Source: an uncultured Mycoplasma sp.
GTDB taxonomy: Bacteria > Bacillota_I > Bacilli_A > RF39 > UBA660
DNA: 64,000 bases
Direction of reading: 5' to 3'
NCBI GenBank assembly: GCA_945915275.1
Contig: CAMEEZ010000001.1
Span: 8,204-72,203, forward strand
Positions 7,984 to 17,924 of the stretch are shown here, piece by piece. The translations under genes and the position numbers were made by a program. Position 1 is the stretch's first letter. Each line of letters begins with the position of its first letter. The notes under the pieces were generated by a model. It was given only the letters and a program-made list of their open reading frames with translations. It searched no databases and was not told the DNA's origin.

Positions 7984-8403
7984 ATGATGTTAGTACCTAG
8001 AAAGAATTTCGATATTTTTGATAATTTATTTAATGATCCATTTTTTGATTCTCATGAAAGTAAAATTATGAAAACTGATATAAAAGAACATGATGACAAG
8101 TATGAATTGTTAGTTGATTTGCCAGGTTTTGAAAAATCAGATATTAAAATGCATATTGAAGATGGTTATCTTATTATAAATGCAAAAACAAATTCAGAAA
8201 ATGATGAAAAAGACCAAAACGGAAAATATGTTCGTAAAGAAAGATATTATGGTGAATGTTCTAGAAGTTATTATATTGGAGATCAAATAAATGAAGAAGA
8301 CATTAAAGCTAATTTTAGAAATGGTACATTAAATATTGAGATTCCTAAAAAGGAAGAAATTAGTAAATTAAATGAAAAAAAATATATCGAAATTGGAGAG
8401 TAA
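7984..8403 (+). CDS. Hsp20/alpha-crystallin family small heat-shock protein
   Basis: 139 aa. Alpha-crystallin domain pattern: DIKEHDDKYELLVDLPGFEKSDIKMHIEDGYLII ... NGTLNIEIPK. Confidence 0.85.
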   Translation: MMLVPRKNFDIFDNLFNDPFFDSHESKIMKTDIKEHDDKYELLVDLPGFEKSDIKMHIEDGYLIINAKTNSENDEKDQNGKYVRKERYYGECSRSYYIGDQINEEDIKANFRNGTLNIEIPKKEEISKLNEKKYIEIGE

Positions 8404-8408
8404 TTATA

Positions 8409-8433
8409 AAAAGACATTTTAATGTCTTTTTTT
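8409..8433 (+). terminator. intrinsic terminator
   Basis: AGACAT (8412-8417) / ATGTCT (8422-8427), flanked by an A-run and a T-run. Confidence 0.7.
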
Positions 8434-8518
8434 AATTGTCGTGATTAGTAAATAGAAGTATAATATTAAATGATAAGATATATAAACTTGAATAGCGTCT
8501 ATATAAAGGAGATATTAA

Positions 8519-9394
8519 ATGAAAAAATGTATTCTTGAAATTCAGAATTTAACAAAATATTATGGAAAAATATTGGGTGTAGAAGATTTATCTTTAAAAT
8601 TAGAAGAGGGAGAAATATTTGGCTTTATTGGACCTAATGGAGCAGGTAAATCAACAACAATTCGCTGTATTATGAATTTAATAAATAAAACAAGTGGCAA
8701 AGTTTTAATAGAAAATGAAGAATTTAATAAAGATGACTTAGAAATAAAAGAAAAAATAGGGTATTTACCAAGTGAAATTCATTTATATGATGATTTAACA
8801 GTTAAAGAAATGCTAGATTATCATGAAAGTTTTTATCATAAAAATATTCATAAAAGAAGAATAGAATTAGTAAAAAGATTTGAATTAGATGAAAAAAAGA
8901 AAATAGAAGATTTATCATTGGGAAACTTAAAAAAATTAGGAATTATTTTAGCATTTATGCATGAACCTAAAATAATAATTTTAGATGAACCAACAAGTGG
9001 ACTTGATCCAATTATGCAAAATATATTTTATGATTTATTAAAAGAAGAAAAGATAAAAGGAAATACAATATTTTACTCAACACATATTTTAAATGAAGTA
9101 TCTAAAATTTGTGATAGAGTAGGAATTATTAGAAATGGACGACTAATAAAAGTTGAGAAAATAGAGAAACTATCTAAAAAGAGTCTAACATTTGTTACGA
9201 TAACATCAAAACAATCAAAAGAAATTATAAAAGATTTAAAAATAAATACTATATCAGAAGATGAAAATACTATTAAATTTGGAAATAATTTACCACATAA
9301 CGAACTAATAAAGAAACTTTCAAAATATAATATTGATAGAATTTTAATAGAAGAAGCAACACTTGAAGATATGTTTTTACATTACTATAAATAG
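8519..9394 (+). CDS. ABC transporter ATP-binding protein
   Basis: Walker A GPNGAGKST, signature LSLGNLKKL, Walker B IIILDEPTSGLD. Confidence 0.9.
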   Translation: MKKCILEIQNLTKYYGKILGVEDLSLKLEEGEIFGFIGPNGAGKSTTIRCIMNLINKTSGKVLIENEEFNKDDLEIKEKIGYLPSEIHLYDDLTVKEMLDYHESFYHKNIHKRRIELVKRFELDEKKKIEDLSLGNLKKLGIILAFMHEPKIIILDEPTSGLDPIMQNIFYDLLKEEKIKGNTIFYSTHILNEVSKICDRVGIIRNGRLIKVEKIEKLSKKSLTFVTITSKQSKEIIKDLKINTISEDENTIKFGNNLPHNELIKKLSKYNIDRILIEEATLEDMFLHYYK

Positions 9395-9406
9395 GAGGAA
9401 TAAAGT

Positions 9407-10198
9407 ATGTTTAAAAGAGAATTAAAAATAAACTTAAAAACTTTTGTTATATGGACATCTATTTTAATAGGATTATTTTTAGTAGTATTTCTAGTATATC
9501 CTTCTATTGTAAATAGCGATAACATGAAAATGATGGATGAAATGATGAAAATGTTTCCAGAAGAAATGTTAAAAGCGTTTAATATGGATATTTCTAGTTT
9601 AGATTCAGCCTTTGGATGGTTAAAAACAGAAGGCTTTGTTTTTGTGCTTTTAATAACTGGAATTTATAGTGGAATTTTAGGATCAAATATTATATTAAAA
9701 GAAGAAAATGATAAAACAATCGAATACTTAAATAGTGTACCAGTAACTAGGAAAAATATAGTATTAAATAAAATATTTTGTGGAATTTTTTATATTGTTT
9801 TAATGATAGCGATAATTGGAATATTTAATTTTATAGGACTAAGTTTAAGTGGAGAATTTGATAAAATATCTTATATATTGTTAAGCATAACACCATTATT
9901 TTCTTCAATATTTATTTTCGCAATATGCCTATTCTTATCAACATTTACACATAAGACAAAGAAAACTCTTGGAATAAGTTTGGGAATAGTATTTGCAAGT
10001 TATTTTTTAAATATTATATCAGAAATAGGAGAGAGTACTGAGTTTCTAAAATACATATCAATCTTTACTCTAGCAGATATTCGCAATGTAATTATTAATT
10101 CAGCCATAAATCCTTTAATGATATTAATAGCATTAGCAATAACTATATTGTTTTTGACTTTGACTATTTTTCACTATGAAAAGAAGGAACTTATTTAA
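9407..10198 (+). CDS. ABC-2 type transporter permease
   Basis: A six-TM-like hydrophobic profile immediately downstream of the ABC ATPase. SD AGGAGG. Confidence 0.65.
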   Translation: MFKRELKINLKTFVIWTSILIGLFLVVFLVYPSIVNSDNMKMMDEMMKMFPEEMLKAFNMDISSLDSAFGWLKTEGFVFVLLITGIYSGILGSNIILKEENDKTIEYLNSVPVTRKNIVLNKIFCGIFYIVLMIAIIGIFNFIGLSLSGEFDKISYILLSITPLFSSIFIFAICLFLSTFTHKTKKTLGISLGIVFASYFLNIISEIGESTEFLKYISIFTLADIRNVIINSAINPLMILIALAITILFLTLTIFHYEKKELI

Positions 10199-10289
10199 TA
10201 TGATGTGTCTATATTTAAAGAAATAATATACACTAATTATGATATAATAAATAAGTAATAAAATTTATTTAAAAAGGATTTGATTTATT

Positions 10290-11135
10290 ATGAGAAAAAA
10301 ACCATATAAAATTCAAAAGTTAGTAAAAATGGCTTATAAAGAAACTAAAAGAAGTTCATTAGCAATTTATTTGATAATGCGTTTTTTAGTAATAGTATGT
10401 ATGATTTTGCAAATAATAAGAGGAGATCTAAATAATGCGTTATTATGTTTACTTTCATTAGTGCTATTATTTGCACCTTTATTTATTCAAAATAAATTTG
10501 AAATAACTCTTCCTGATGGTTTAGAGATAGCTATATACTTATTTATTTTTTCAGCTGAGATACTTGGAGAAATTAATAATTTTTATGGAACTATTCCTCA
10601 CTGGGATACTATGTTACATACTATAAATGGTTTTTTAGCGACAGCAGTAGGATTTTCACTTATTGATTTATTAAATAAAAATAGTAAGGGATTAAATCTT
10701 TCACCATTTTATTTATGTTTAGTTGCTTTTTGCTTTTCTATGACAATAGGAGTTTTATGGGAATTTTTTGAATATGGAGCTGATAAGTTTTTTTCTTTTG
10801 ATATGCAAAAAGATACGATTATTAACACTATATCTTCTGTTAAGTTTAATCCAAGTGGTGAAAATAAGGTTGTTATATTAGATGATATTGGAAGCACTAT
10901 TATATATGATACAGATGGAAATATTTTACAAACTATTAATGGAGGATATCTAGATATAGGAATAAATGATACTATTAAGGATTTATTTGTTAATTTTATT
11001 GGAGCATTAGTTTTCTGTGTTTTCGGATTTTTTTCATTAAAGAATAAAGAATCTAATGTATTTATTAATCAATTTGTTCCTAAAAAAGGGAAAAGAGAAT
11101 TAGCAAAGTCAGTTAGTGATACATTAAATAATTAA
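10290..11135 (+). CDS. hypothetical polytopic membrane protein
   Basis: Multiple hydrophobic helices. No family recognised. Confidence 0.5.
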   Translation: MRKKPYKIQKLVKMAYKETKRSSLAIYLIMRFLVIVCMILQIIRGDLNNALLCLLSLVLLFAPLFIQNKFEITLPDGLEIAIYLFIFSAEILGEINNFYGTIPHWDTMLHTINGFLATAVGFSLIDLLNKNSKGLNLSPFYLCLVAFCFSMTIGVLWEFFEYGADKFFSFDMQKDTIINTISSVKFNPSGENKVVILDDIGSTIIYDTDGNILQTINGGYLDIGINDTIKDLFVNFIGALVFCVFGFFSLKNKESNVFINQFVPKKGKRELAKSVSDTLNN

Positions 11136-11177
11136 TAGGTTTATTTTTGTTAATAAAGTATTTAGGAGTAAAGCAGT

Positions 11178-11894
11178 ATGAAGCAGTATTTTGGTTTAGT
11201 TAGTGATTTTTCACTAACTTTATTTGGTCCAATTCATTTATCATTAATAATGATAACAATAATAATTATTATACTTATATATAAATATAAAGATAAATTA
11301 AAAAAGAAAAAAATAATAAAAAATATAATTCCAATAATTCTATTTAGTAATATGGTTATTTATATTACGGGAGCTTTAGTATCGGGAATATTTGATATAA
11401 ATATTCATTTACCATTACATTATTGCTATATAACTGGTTTTCTTTTTATGTATATGATTTTAAAAGAAAAAAAGGAATGGTTTAATACATTATATTATGC
11501 AATATTTTTTTGTACAATAGTTGTGATTATTTTTCAGGATCCTAATATTACTTATGATAGATATGAATTTTTATTGTTGATTATCAGTCATCACTTTTTA
11601 TTGATAAGTAGTTTTTATACGTTCTATGTTTTAGATTACCCTGTGGATAAATCAGGATATAAATCATTTTTTAGATATTCATTAATTGTATATATATTGG
11701 TATTTATAATTAATAGAATATTAGGGACAGATTATATATTTAATTCTTCGTTTCCTTTATTTATATATGATTATTTACCATTCGTTAAAATATTTCCTCC
11801 AATTGTATGGCTTATATTATTAGCTATTCCATTACTTTTGCTGGCATATTTACCAATAGTACTTAAGAATAAAAAGTCTAATGATATGGATTAA
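11178..11894 (+). CDS. integral membrane protein, YwaF/TIGR02206 (TMEM164-like) family
   Basis: N-terminal F..H..L pattern and an LPLHYC motif typical of the family. Polytopic. Confidence 0.5.
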   Translation: MKQYFGLVSDFSLTLFGPIHLSLIMITIIIIILIYKYKDKLKKKKIIKNIIPIILFSNMVIYITGALVSGIFDINIHLPLHYCYITGFLFMYMILKEKKEWFNTLYYAIFFCTIVVIIFQDPNITYDRYEFLLLIISHHFLLISSFYTFYVLDYPVDKSGYKSFFRYSLIVYILVFIINRILGTDYIFNSSFPLFIYDYLPFVKIFPPIVWLILLAIPLLLLAYLPIVLKNKKSNDMD

Positions 11895-11948
11895 ATGGCT
11901 TTTAATGAATAAATGTGTTATAATACTATTCATGTATGAGGGATGATT

Positions 11949-13041
11949 ATGGATTTAAATACATTAATAAAAGAATTAGAAAGTAAAAAAGTATCGTTTG
12001 AAAGTTTAAGGAGGTCTCTTTGACTTAGATCAAAAGCAAAAAAAATTAATTGAGTTAACAAAAAAAACTGAAGATATTGATTTTTGGAATGATCCAAATA
12101 GTGCAAACGAAATTAATCAAGAAATATCAAATTTAAAAAAAGACATTAATACTTATAATGAAATATTAGATAGGATAAACTTATCTTTAAGTTTATGTGA
12201 AGAGACTTTAGATGAGAATACTTTAGATGAACTAAATAAGGAGTATGATAATTTAAAAAACGACATAGAAAAGTTTGAACTTAAAGCTTTAATGAATGGA
12301 CCATATGATAAAAATGATTGTTATGTTGAAATACATCCTGGAGCTGGTGGGACTGAATCTTGCGACTGGGCAAGTATGTTATATAGAATGTATACTAGGT
12401 ATTGTGAATTACAAGACTATTCATATGAAGTATTAGATTTGCAAAAAGGTGAAGAAGCTGGAATAAAGAGTTTAACTATGTTAATCAAAGGTTATATGGC
12501 CTATGCTAAATTTAAGGGAGAAAATGGTGTTCATAGATTAGTAAGGATATCACCATTTGATTCTAATAAAAGACGGCATACTTCTTTTGCATCGGTTACG
12601 GTAACACCTGTTTTCGATAATACAATTGCAGTAGAAATTAAAGAAAGTGATTTAAAAATTGATGTTTATCATAGTAGTGGAGCAGGTGGTCAATCAGTTA
12701 ATACCTCAAATAGTGCTGTAAGGATAACCCATTTACCAAGTAAAATAGTTGTTACGTGTCAAACTGAGCGTAGTCAACTAAAAAATAAAGAGCAAGCATT
12801 AAAGCTTTTAAGAAGTAAATTATATAAGCTAGAGGAAGAAAAGAAAAATAGCACAATTAATAATATTAAAGATACAAGTTCTGATATTAATTTTGGAAGT
12901 CAAATTAGAAGCTATATATTAGAACCTTATAAATTAGTTAAGGACAATCGTAGCGGATATGAGTCAACTAATCCAACAAAAATATTAGATGGCTATTTAG
13001 ATGAATTAATAAATTCGGTTCTAAGGGCAAGTAGAGGTTAA
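11949..13041 (+). CDS. prfB: peptide chain release factor 2 (programmed +1 frameshift at 12021)
   Basis: Frame 0 runs ATG 11949 ... AGG AGG TCT CTT TGA (stop at 12021-12023). The +1 frame from 12022 joins the 12292..13041 track ORF. SPF motif (RISPFDS) and GGQ motif (SSGAGGQSVNT) are present. Confidence 0.92.
12009..12024 (+). promoter_or_regulatory. RF2 autoregulatory +1 frameshift site
   Basis: Internal SD AGGAGG (12009-12014), then TCT CTT TGA C, the canonical slippery CUU-UGA-C context. Confidence 0.9.
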
Positions 13042-13043
13042 TT

Positions 13044-14378
13044 ATGTTTAAAAGTATTGAATTTTTAAATAATAATATAAGAGATAATAGCACGTTAGTT
13101 GTTGCTTGTTCTGGTGGTCCTGATTCAATGTGTTTGCTTTATCTAGTTAATTTATTAAAAACCAAAAAAAATCTTAAAGTTATTGTGGCTCATGTAAATC
13201 ATAATCTTAGAGATGAGTCTCTTGATGAATTAGAGTTTGTAAAAAAATACTCACTTGAAAATAATAATTTGTTTGAAGAATATACAATTAGAAAAGATAG
13301 TAGTTATAGTGAATCTGACTTTAGGAATTTTAGGTATGATTTTTTTCGCGATATAATAAAAAAATATAATGGAAATTATTTATTAACCGCTCATCATGGT
13401 GATGATTTAATAGAAACTGTTATGATGAGAATAGTTAGAGGAAGTAACTTAAATGGTTATAGTGGGATTAAAATGATAATAGATAAAGATAATTATCAAG
13501 TTCTAAGGCCTTTACTTTTTTATTCTAAAGAGGATATTTTATTATTTAATAAAGAAAATAATTTGAAATATGTGATAGATTATACTAATGATTTAGATTT
13601 GTACACAAGAAATCGTTATCGACATAAGATATTACCCTTTTTAAAAGAGGAAGATAAAGATGTTCATTTAAAATTTTTAAAGTATAGTAATGAATTACAA
13701 GAATCAGAAAATTTTATTGAATCAACTATAGATAAATATAGAGCAAGTATTTTAAAGAATAATAAAATTAATATTGATAAATTTAAAAAAGTTGATTTAT
13801 TTATTCAAAAAAGAATTATTATTGGATTAATTAAAGATTGTTATGGAATAAAATTATATTATGTAAATGACAAAAATATAAAGGAAATTATTAGAGTAAT
13901 TTGTAATAATAATGGTAAGAATATAATATTTGATTTACCATTAGAATATATTGGAATTATAGATTATGGTTGGTTTTCAATAAAGAAAAAAGAACATTTA
14001 AATTCTTATAAATTTGAATTAAAAAATGAATTAAAAGTGCCTAATGGTGGCATTATTAAATTAGTTGATGAAAGTAATGAAAAAAGTAATTATGTTATTC
14101 GATTAGATAAATCTGAAATATCTTTACCACTATATATTAGAAACCGAGAAGCAGGAGACTTTTTGGAAGTAAAAGGGCTTAATGGTAAGAAAAAAATAAA
14201 AGATATTTTTATTGATGAAAAGATTAGTATAGCAAAAAGGGATAAGTATCCTGTACTTGTTGATGCTAATAATACTGTACTTTGGATACCGGGAATAAAA
14301 AAATCAAAATTTGATAAGGAAAAAAATGAAATATATGATATAATAATAAAGTACGAAAAGGAGAAGATGTATGAATAG
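13044..14378 (+). CDS. tilS: tRNA(Ile)-lysidine synthase
   Basis: PP-loop SGGPDS near the N-terminus. 444 aa. Conserved position upstream of ftsH. Confidence 0.85.
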   Translation: MFKSIEFLNNNIRDNSTLVVACSGGPDSMCLLYLVNLLKTKKNLKVIVAHVNHNLRDESLDELEFVKKYSLENNNLFEEYTIRKDSSYSESDFRNFRYDFFRDIIKKYNGNYLLTAHHGDDLIETVMMRIVRGSNLNGYSGIKMIIDKDNYQVLRPLLFYSKEDILLFNKENNLKYVIDYTNDLDLYTRNRYRHKILPFLKEEDKDVHLKFLKYSNELQESENFIESTIDKYRASILKNNKINIDKFKKVDLFIQKRIIIGLIKDCYGIKLYYVNDKNIKEIIRVICNNNGKNIIFDLPLEYIGIIDYGWFSIKKKEHLNSYKFELKNELKVPNGGIIKLVDESNEKSNYVIRLDKSEISLPLYIRNREAGDFLEVKGLNGKKKIKDIFIDEKISIAKRDKYPVLVDANNTVLWIPGIKKSKFDKEKNEIYDIIIKYEKEKMYE

Positions 14379-16332
14379 AAAAAATAATAATGTAACCAAA
14401 AATGTATTTCCTTACGCTATTTTGTTAGTTGTTATTGTTGGAACATTATTTTTATTAAATCTTAATGGGGTTAAAGTTAACGAATTAACAGCCGGTGAAT
14501 TAATTAAAGAGTTAAATAGTAATAATGTTACTGAAATTACAATTACACCAAAGAGTGATGAAAGCATTTATTATGTTGAAGGAAAATTAAAAAATTATGG
14601 TGATAATGAATCATTTAAAGCAAAATTAATTGAAAAAGAGATTTCAAATGTTACAGAATATGTGGCAGAAAATGAAATTGAAGAATACGTTAATGAAAGT
14701 GATCCAGGTAGTAGTTCATTTATGTATATTTTAGTTAATGTTGCTCCATTTGTTATTATCTTAATTTTGTGTTATGTATTCTTTACTAAAGTGTCTAATG
14801 GTAACAAGAGTTCTATGGATTTTGGACGTAGTAGAGCCAAACTTAGTGATGGGAATTATGGCGCAAAATTTAAAGATGTTGCTGGATTAAAAGAAGAAAA
14901 AGAAGAAGTCGAAGAACTAATTGATTTCTTGAAAAATCCAAAAAAATTCCAAAAAATGGGTGCAAGAATCCCTAAAGGAGTTTTATTGGTAGGTCCTCCA
15001 GGAACTGGTAAAACGTTACTTGCAAAGGCTGTAGCTGGTGAAGCTAATGTTCCGTTCTTTTACATAAGTGGTTCTGATTTTGTTGAATTATTTGTAGGAG
15101 TTGGAGCAAGTCGTGTAAGAGATATGTTTAAAGAAGCAAAAAGAAGTGCTCCATGCTTAATATTTATAGATGAAATTGATGCAGTTGGGCGTCAAAGAGG
15201 TACTGGTTTAGGTGGAGGACATGATGAAAGAGAGCAAACATTAAATCAGTTACTAACAGAGATGGATGGATTTGGAGCAAATGAAGGTATTATCATTATT
15301 GCTGCAACAAATAGACCTGATGTATTAGATCCAGCATTATTAAGACCTGGACGTTTTGATAGACAAGTAACCGTAAGTCTTCCTGATTCAAAAGAAAGAG
15401 AAGCAATTTTAAAGGTTCATGCTAGAAATAAAATTTTAGCAAAAGACGTAAATTTAAAAAATGTTAGTCAAAGAACCCCTGGATTTAGTGGGGCGGATTT
15501 AGAGAATCTTCTTAATGAATCTGCTTTGTTGGCAGTAAGAAGAAATAAAAATGCTATTACGATGGATGAAATTGATGAGGCTACTGATAGAGTATTAATG
15601 GGACCTGCTAAGACAAGTCGTAAAATAACTGAAAAAGAAAAGAAATTGGTTAGTATTCATGAAGCTGGACATGCAGTAATTGGCTTAAAATTAGAACATG
15701 CGAATGAAGTTCATAAAATAACAATAATTCCTCGTGGAGTTGCTGGTGGGTATACCATGATGCTTCCAAAAGAAGAAAAAATTGGCATAATGACTAAAAA
15801 TGAGTTGGAAGCTTCAATTGTAGGTTTATTAGGTGGTCGTGTAAGTGAAGAAATATTTTTAAACGAAATGACTACTGGAGCTAGTGATGATTTCAAAAGG
15901 GCTACAAATATTGCTCGTAGTATGGTAACTAAATATGGTATGAGTGAACTTGGCCCAACGCAATACGAACAGGAAAGTGAAGGAGTATTTTTGGGTAGAG
16001 ATTATACTAAATCAAAGAACTTTTCTGATCAAGTTGCATTAGAAATAGACCAACAAACACGTAAAATAATTGAAGAATGTTATGATAAGGCTAAAAAAAT
16101 TATTACAGAAAACAAAAAATTAGTAGAATTATTAAGTGATGCGTTGATGGAAAGAGAAACTTTGACAAAAGAACAAATAGAGTCATTAGTTAAAAATGGT
16201 AAAATTGAGGATGAAGAAGAAGTATCTGAATCATTAACTTCTTTAAGAGCAAAAGCTAAAGAAGCCAAAATAAAAGGTTATAGCACAATGTCTAAAGAAG
16301 AACTTGAAAAAGCATTAAATAATAAAGAATAA
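14371..16332 (+). CDS. ftsH: ATP-dependent zinc metalloprotease FtsH
   Basis: Walker [12 protein letters not shown] region, zinc motif HEAGH, N-terminal TM segments. Confidence 0.97.
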   Translation: MNRKNNNVTKNVFPYAILLVVIVGTLFLLNLNGVKVNELTAGELIKELNSNNVTEITITPKSDESIYYVEGKLKNYGDNESFKAKLIEKEISNVTEYVAENEIEEYVNESDPGSSSFMYILVNVAPFVIILILCYVFFTKVSNGNKSSMDFGRSRAKLSDGNYGAKFKDVAGLKEEKEEVEELIDFLKNPKKFQKMGARIPKGVLLVGPPGTGKTLLAKAVAGEANVPFFYISGSDFVELFVGVGASRVRDMFKEAKRSAPCLIFIDEIDAVGRQRGTGLGGGHDEREQTLNQLLTEMDGFGANEGIIIIAATNRPDVLDPALLRPGRFDRQVTVSLPDSKEREAILKVHARNKILAKDVNLKNVSQRTPGFSGADLENLLNESALLAVRRNKNAITMDEIDEATDRVLMGPAKTSRKITEKEKKLVSIHEAGHAVIGLKLEHANEVHKITIIPRGVAGGYTMMLPKEEKIGIMTKNELEASIVGLLGGRVSEEIFLNEMTTGASDDFKRATNIARSMVTKYGMSELGPTQYEQESEGVFLGRDYTKSKNFSDQVALEIDQQTRKIIEECYDKAKKIITENKKLVELLSDALMERETLTKEQIESLVKNGKIEDEEEVSESLTSLRAKAKEAKIKGYSTMSKEELEKALNNKE

Positions 16333-16357
16333 CACAAAAAATGTTATTCTTTTTTTT
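16327..16357 (+). terminator. intrinsic terminator after ftsH
   Basis: GAATAACA (16327-16334) / TGTTATTC (16342-16349), then T8. Confidence 0.8.
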
Positions 16358-16359
16358 CA

Positions 16360-16390
16360 TAAAAAAACTATCACTTTTTGTGATAGTTTT
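16360..16390 (-). terminator. intrinsic terminator of the minus-strand WXG100 operon
   Basis: ACTATCAC (16367-16374) / GTGATAGT (16380-16387). The A-run on the + strand gives a U-run on the - strand. Confidence 0.75.
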
Positions 16391-16775
16391 ATTCATTATT
16401 TGTTTCATCTAATAATGTTTTTATTGTTTTACAATAATCTGCTAATAATTTATCAACACATTCTTCTTCTAGTTTTGAAAGTGTTCCTTCTTTTAATGTA
16501 ATACCTTTTTGTTTAGCAGATATTTCGATGCTTCCTCCTGAAACTTTATAATAATCTTTAACCATACATTGTAATAATTTAATATGTGTTTCAGTTAAAA
16601 CACCAGGTTCTTCAACTTCGTTGGTTTTCTTTAAAATTTCTTCCATTGAAGGTAATTTTAATTTTGCTAAATAATCACTAATCATTCTTTGAAGCATATA
16701 GTTAGTTTGTTTTTCATCTGTCATTGTTGCAATGCTTTCAATAGTTTTATCACTATTTAAAATATCATTATTCAT
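16389..16775 (-). CDS. hypothetical acidic helical protein (third gene of the WXG100 operon)
   Basis: 128 aa. SD AGGGAGA. No TM segment and no recognised domain. Confidence 0.5.
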   Translation of the reverse strand: MNNDILNSDKTIESIATMTDEKQTNYMLQRMISDYLAKLKLPSMEEILKKTNEVEEPGVLTETHIKLLQCMVKDYYKVSGGSIEISAKQKGITLKEGTLSKLEEECVDKLLADYCKTIKTLLDETNNE

Positions 16776-16805
16776 ATTTCTTCTCCCTTTTTATATATTA
16801 ATTGA

Positions 16806-17447
16806 TTACTTTGATCCAAGAAGACTATTTACAAAACTAGTACCTATACTTCCAAAACTTCCGTTTCCTAGTGAATTAAATAGTGTACTAATAGTTCCGA
16901 CAGCTGCTTGTCCAAAATCTTTTACTGAAGTTAATACTGTTTTACCAGTTGCACTAGTATATAAATCTCCAGTTTTTTGAATCATACCACCAACTTCTTT
17001 GACGATATTTCTTGTAGATTGAGACATATCAGAAACATATTGAGTTGTAGTATAACTTCCTTGAGATACTGTAGAATTTAATCCGGATTTAACATTATTA
17101 ACAACTCCAGTAATAGTTTCGCTCCATGCGTCAAATTCTTTTTTCATTTCTTCATCACTAAATTCATATGTGCTTACTACAAATGATAAGAATGTTCCTA
17201 AATCACTAACAACTGTTTGAAATTCACCAAGTTTTGGAGATATATAATTAAATACTTTTTGAATGGCATCTCCAGCAACACTTTGTAATGCTTGATCATT
17301 TTCTAAAGAACTAATATCTTGTTTGGCACCTTCAAGTTCTTCATTTAAACTTGCTGCAGCATCTTGCATATTTTTTTCTTCTTCTGTCAATGCACTAGTA
17401 TCAACTGATGTTGCATCACTAAATAATTGAATATCTAATTCTAACAT
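16806..17447 (-). CDS. hypothetical protein; possible type VII secretion substrate with a Gly/Ser/Thr-rich C-terminus
   Basis: 213 aa. SD AGGAGG overlaps the stop of the upstream WXG100 gene. Helical acidic N-terminal half. C-terminal tail GQAAVGTISTLFNSLGNGSFGSIGTSFVNSLLGSK. Confidence 0.4.
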   Translation of the reverse strand: MLELDIQLFSDATSVDTSALTEEEKNMQDAAASLNEELEGAKQDISSLENDQALQSVAGDAIQKVFNYISPKLGEFQTVVSDLGTFLSFVVSTYEFSDEEMKKEFDAWSETITGVVNNVKSGLNSTVSQGSYTTTQYVSDMSQSTRNIVKEVGGMIQKTGDLYTSATGKTVLTSVKDFGQAAVGTISTLFNSLGNGSFGSIGTSFVNSLLGSK

Positions 17448-17457
17448 AATTATCCTC

Positions 17458-17751
17458 CTATAGTTTATTTCCTGCGTTAATAATATCTTGTTGATTTTGA
17501 CTCATTCTACTAGCATATTTATCTAATAAATCTGCTAATTCTTTAAAACCAGTAACAACTTTTGCGATGTCATTTCGTTTTTCAACTACTTTACTTACGT
17601 AAGTTTGGCTATCAGAACCAGTCCATATATTTTGGATATTATTACAAGAATTATCTAATTTTTTTAAATTACTTTCCATTCTTTCAACTCTATTTCTTAA
17701 ACTAGCTGCAACACTAGAAATTTTAGTTGTGTTGAATGTAATATTTGCCAT
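17458..17751 (-). CDS. WXG100 (ESAT-6/EsxA-like) family protein
   Basis: 97 aa counted from ATG 17751; the track ORF starts at an upstream GTG. Central W-T-G motif (NIWTGSDSQTY) at about residue 43. Two-helix layout and a Q-rich C-terminus, as in EsxA. Confidence 0.7.
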   Translation of the reverse strand: MANITFNTTKISSVAASLRNRVERMESNLKKLDNSCNNIQNIWTGSDSQTYVSKVVEKRNDIAKVVTGFKELADLLDKYASRMSQNQQDIINAGNKL

Positions 17752-17924
17752 ATATATACCCACTCGCTTTCTATTATATATAAAATATTATCATTTATTT
17801 TGAAAAAAAGCAATATGTACAATTTAATTTTAAATGAAAAATTTGAATAAAATTTATAAAGACAAATGAAAGTTCTTATGTTAAAATAACATTAGTGTTT
17901 AGATAAGTATTAAGAGGTGGCAAA

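Noticed and set aside
16806-17447. Calling the 213-aa protein an LXG polymorphic toxin
   Set aside because: It is about the length of an LXG domain alone. It has no evident L-x-G motif at the expected position and no separate toxin domain. I kept it only as a possible T7SS substrate.
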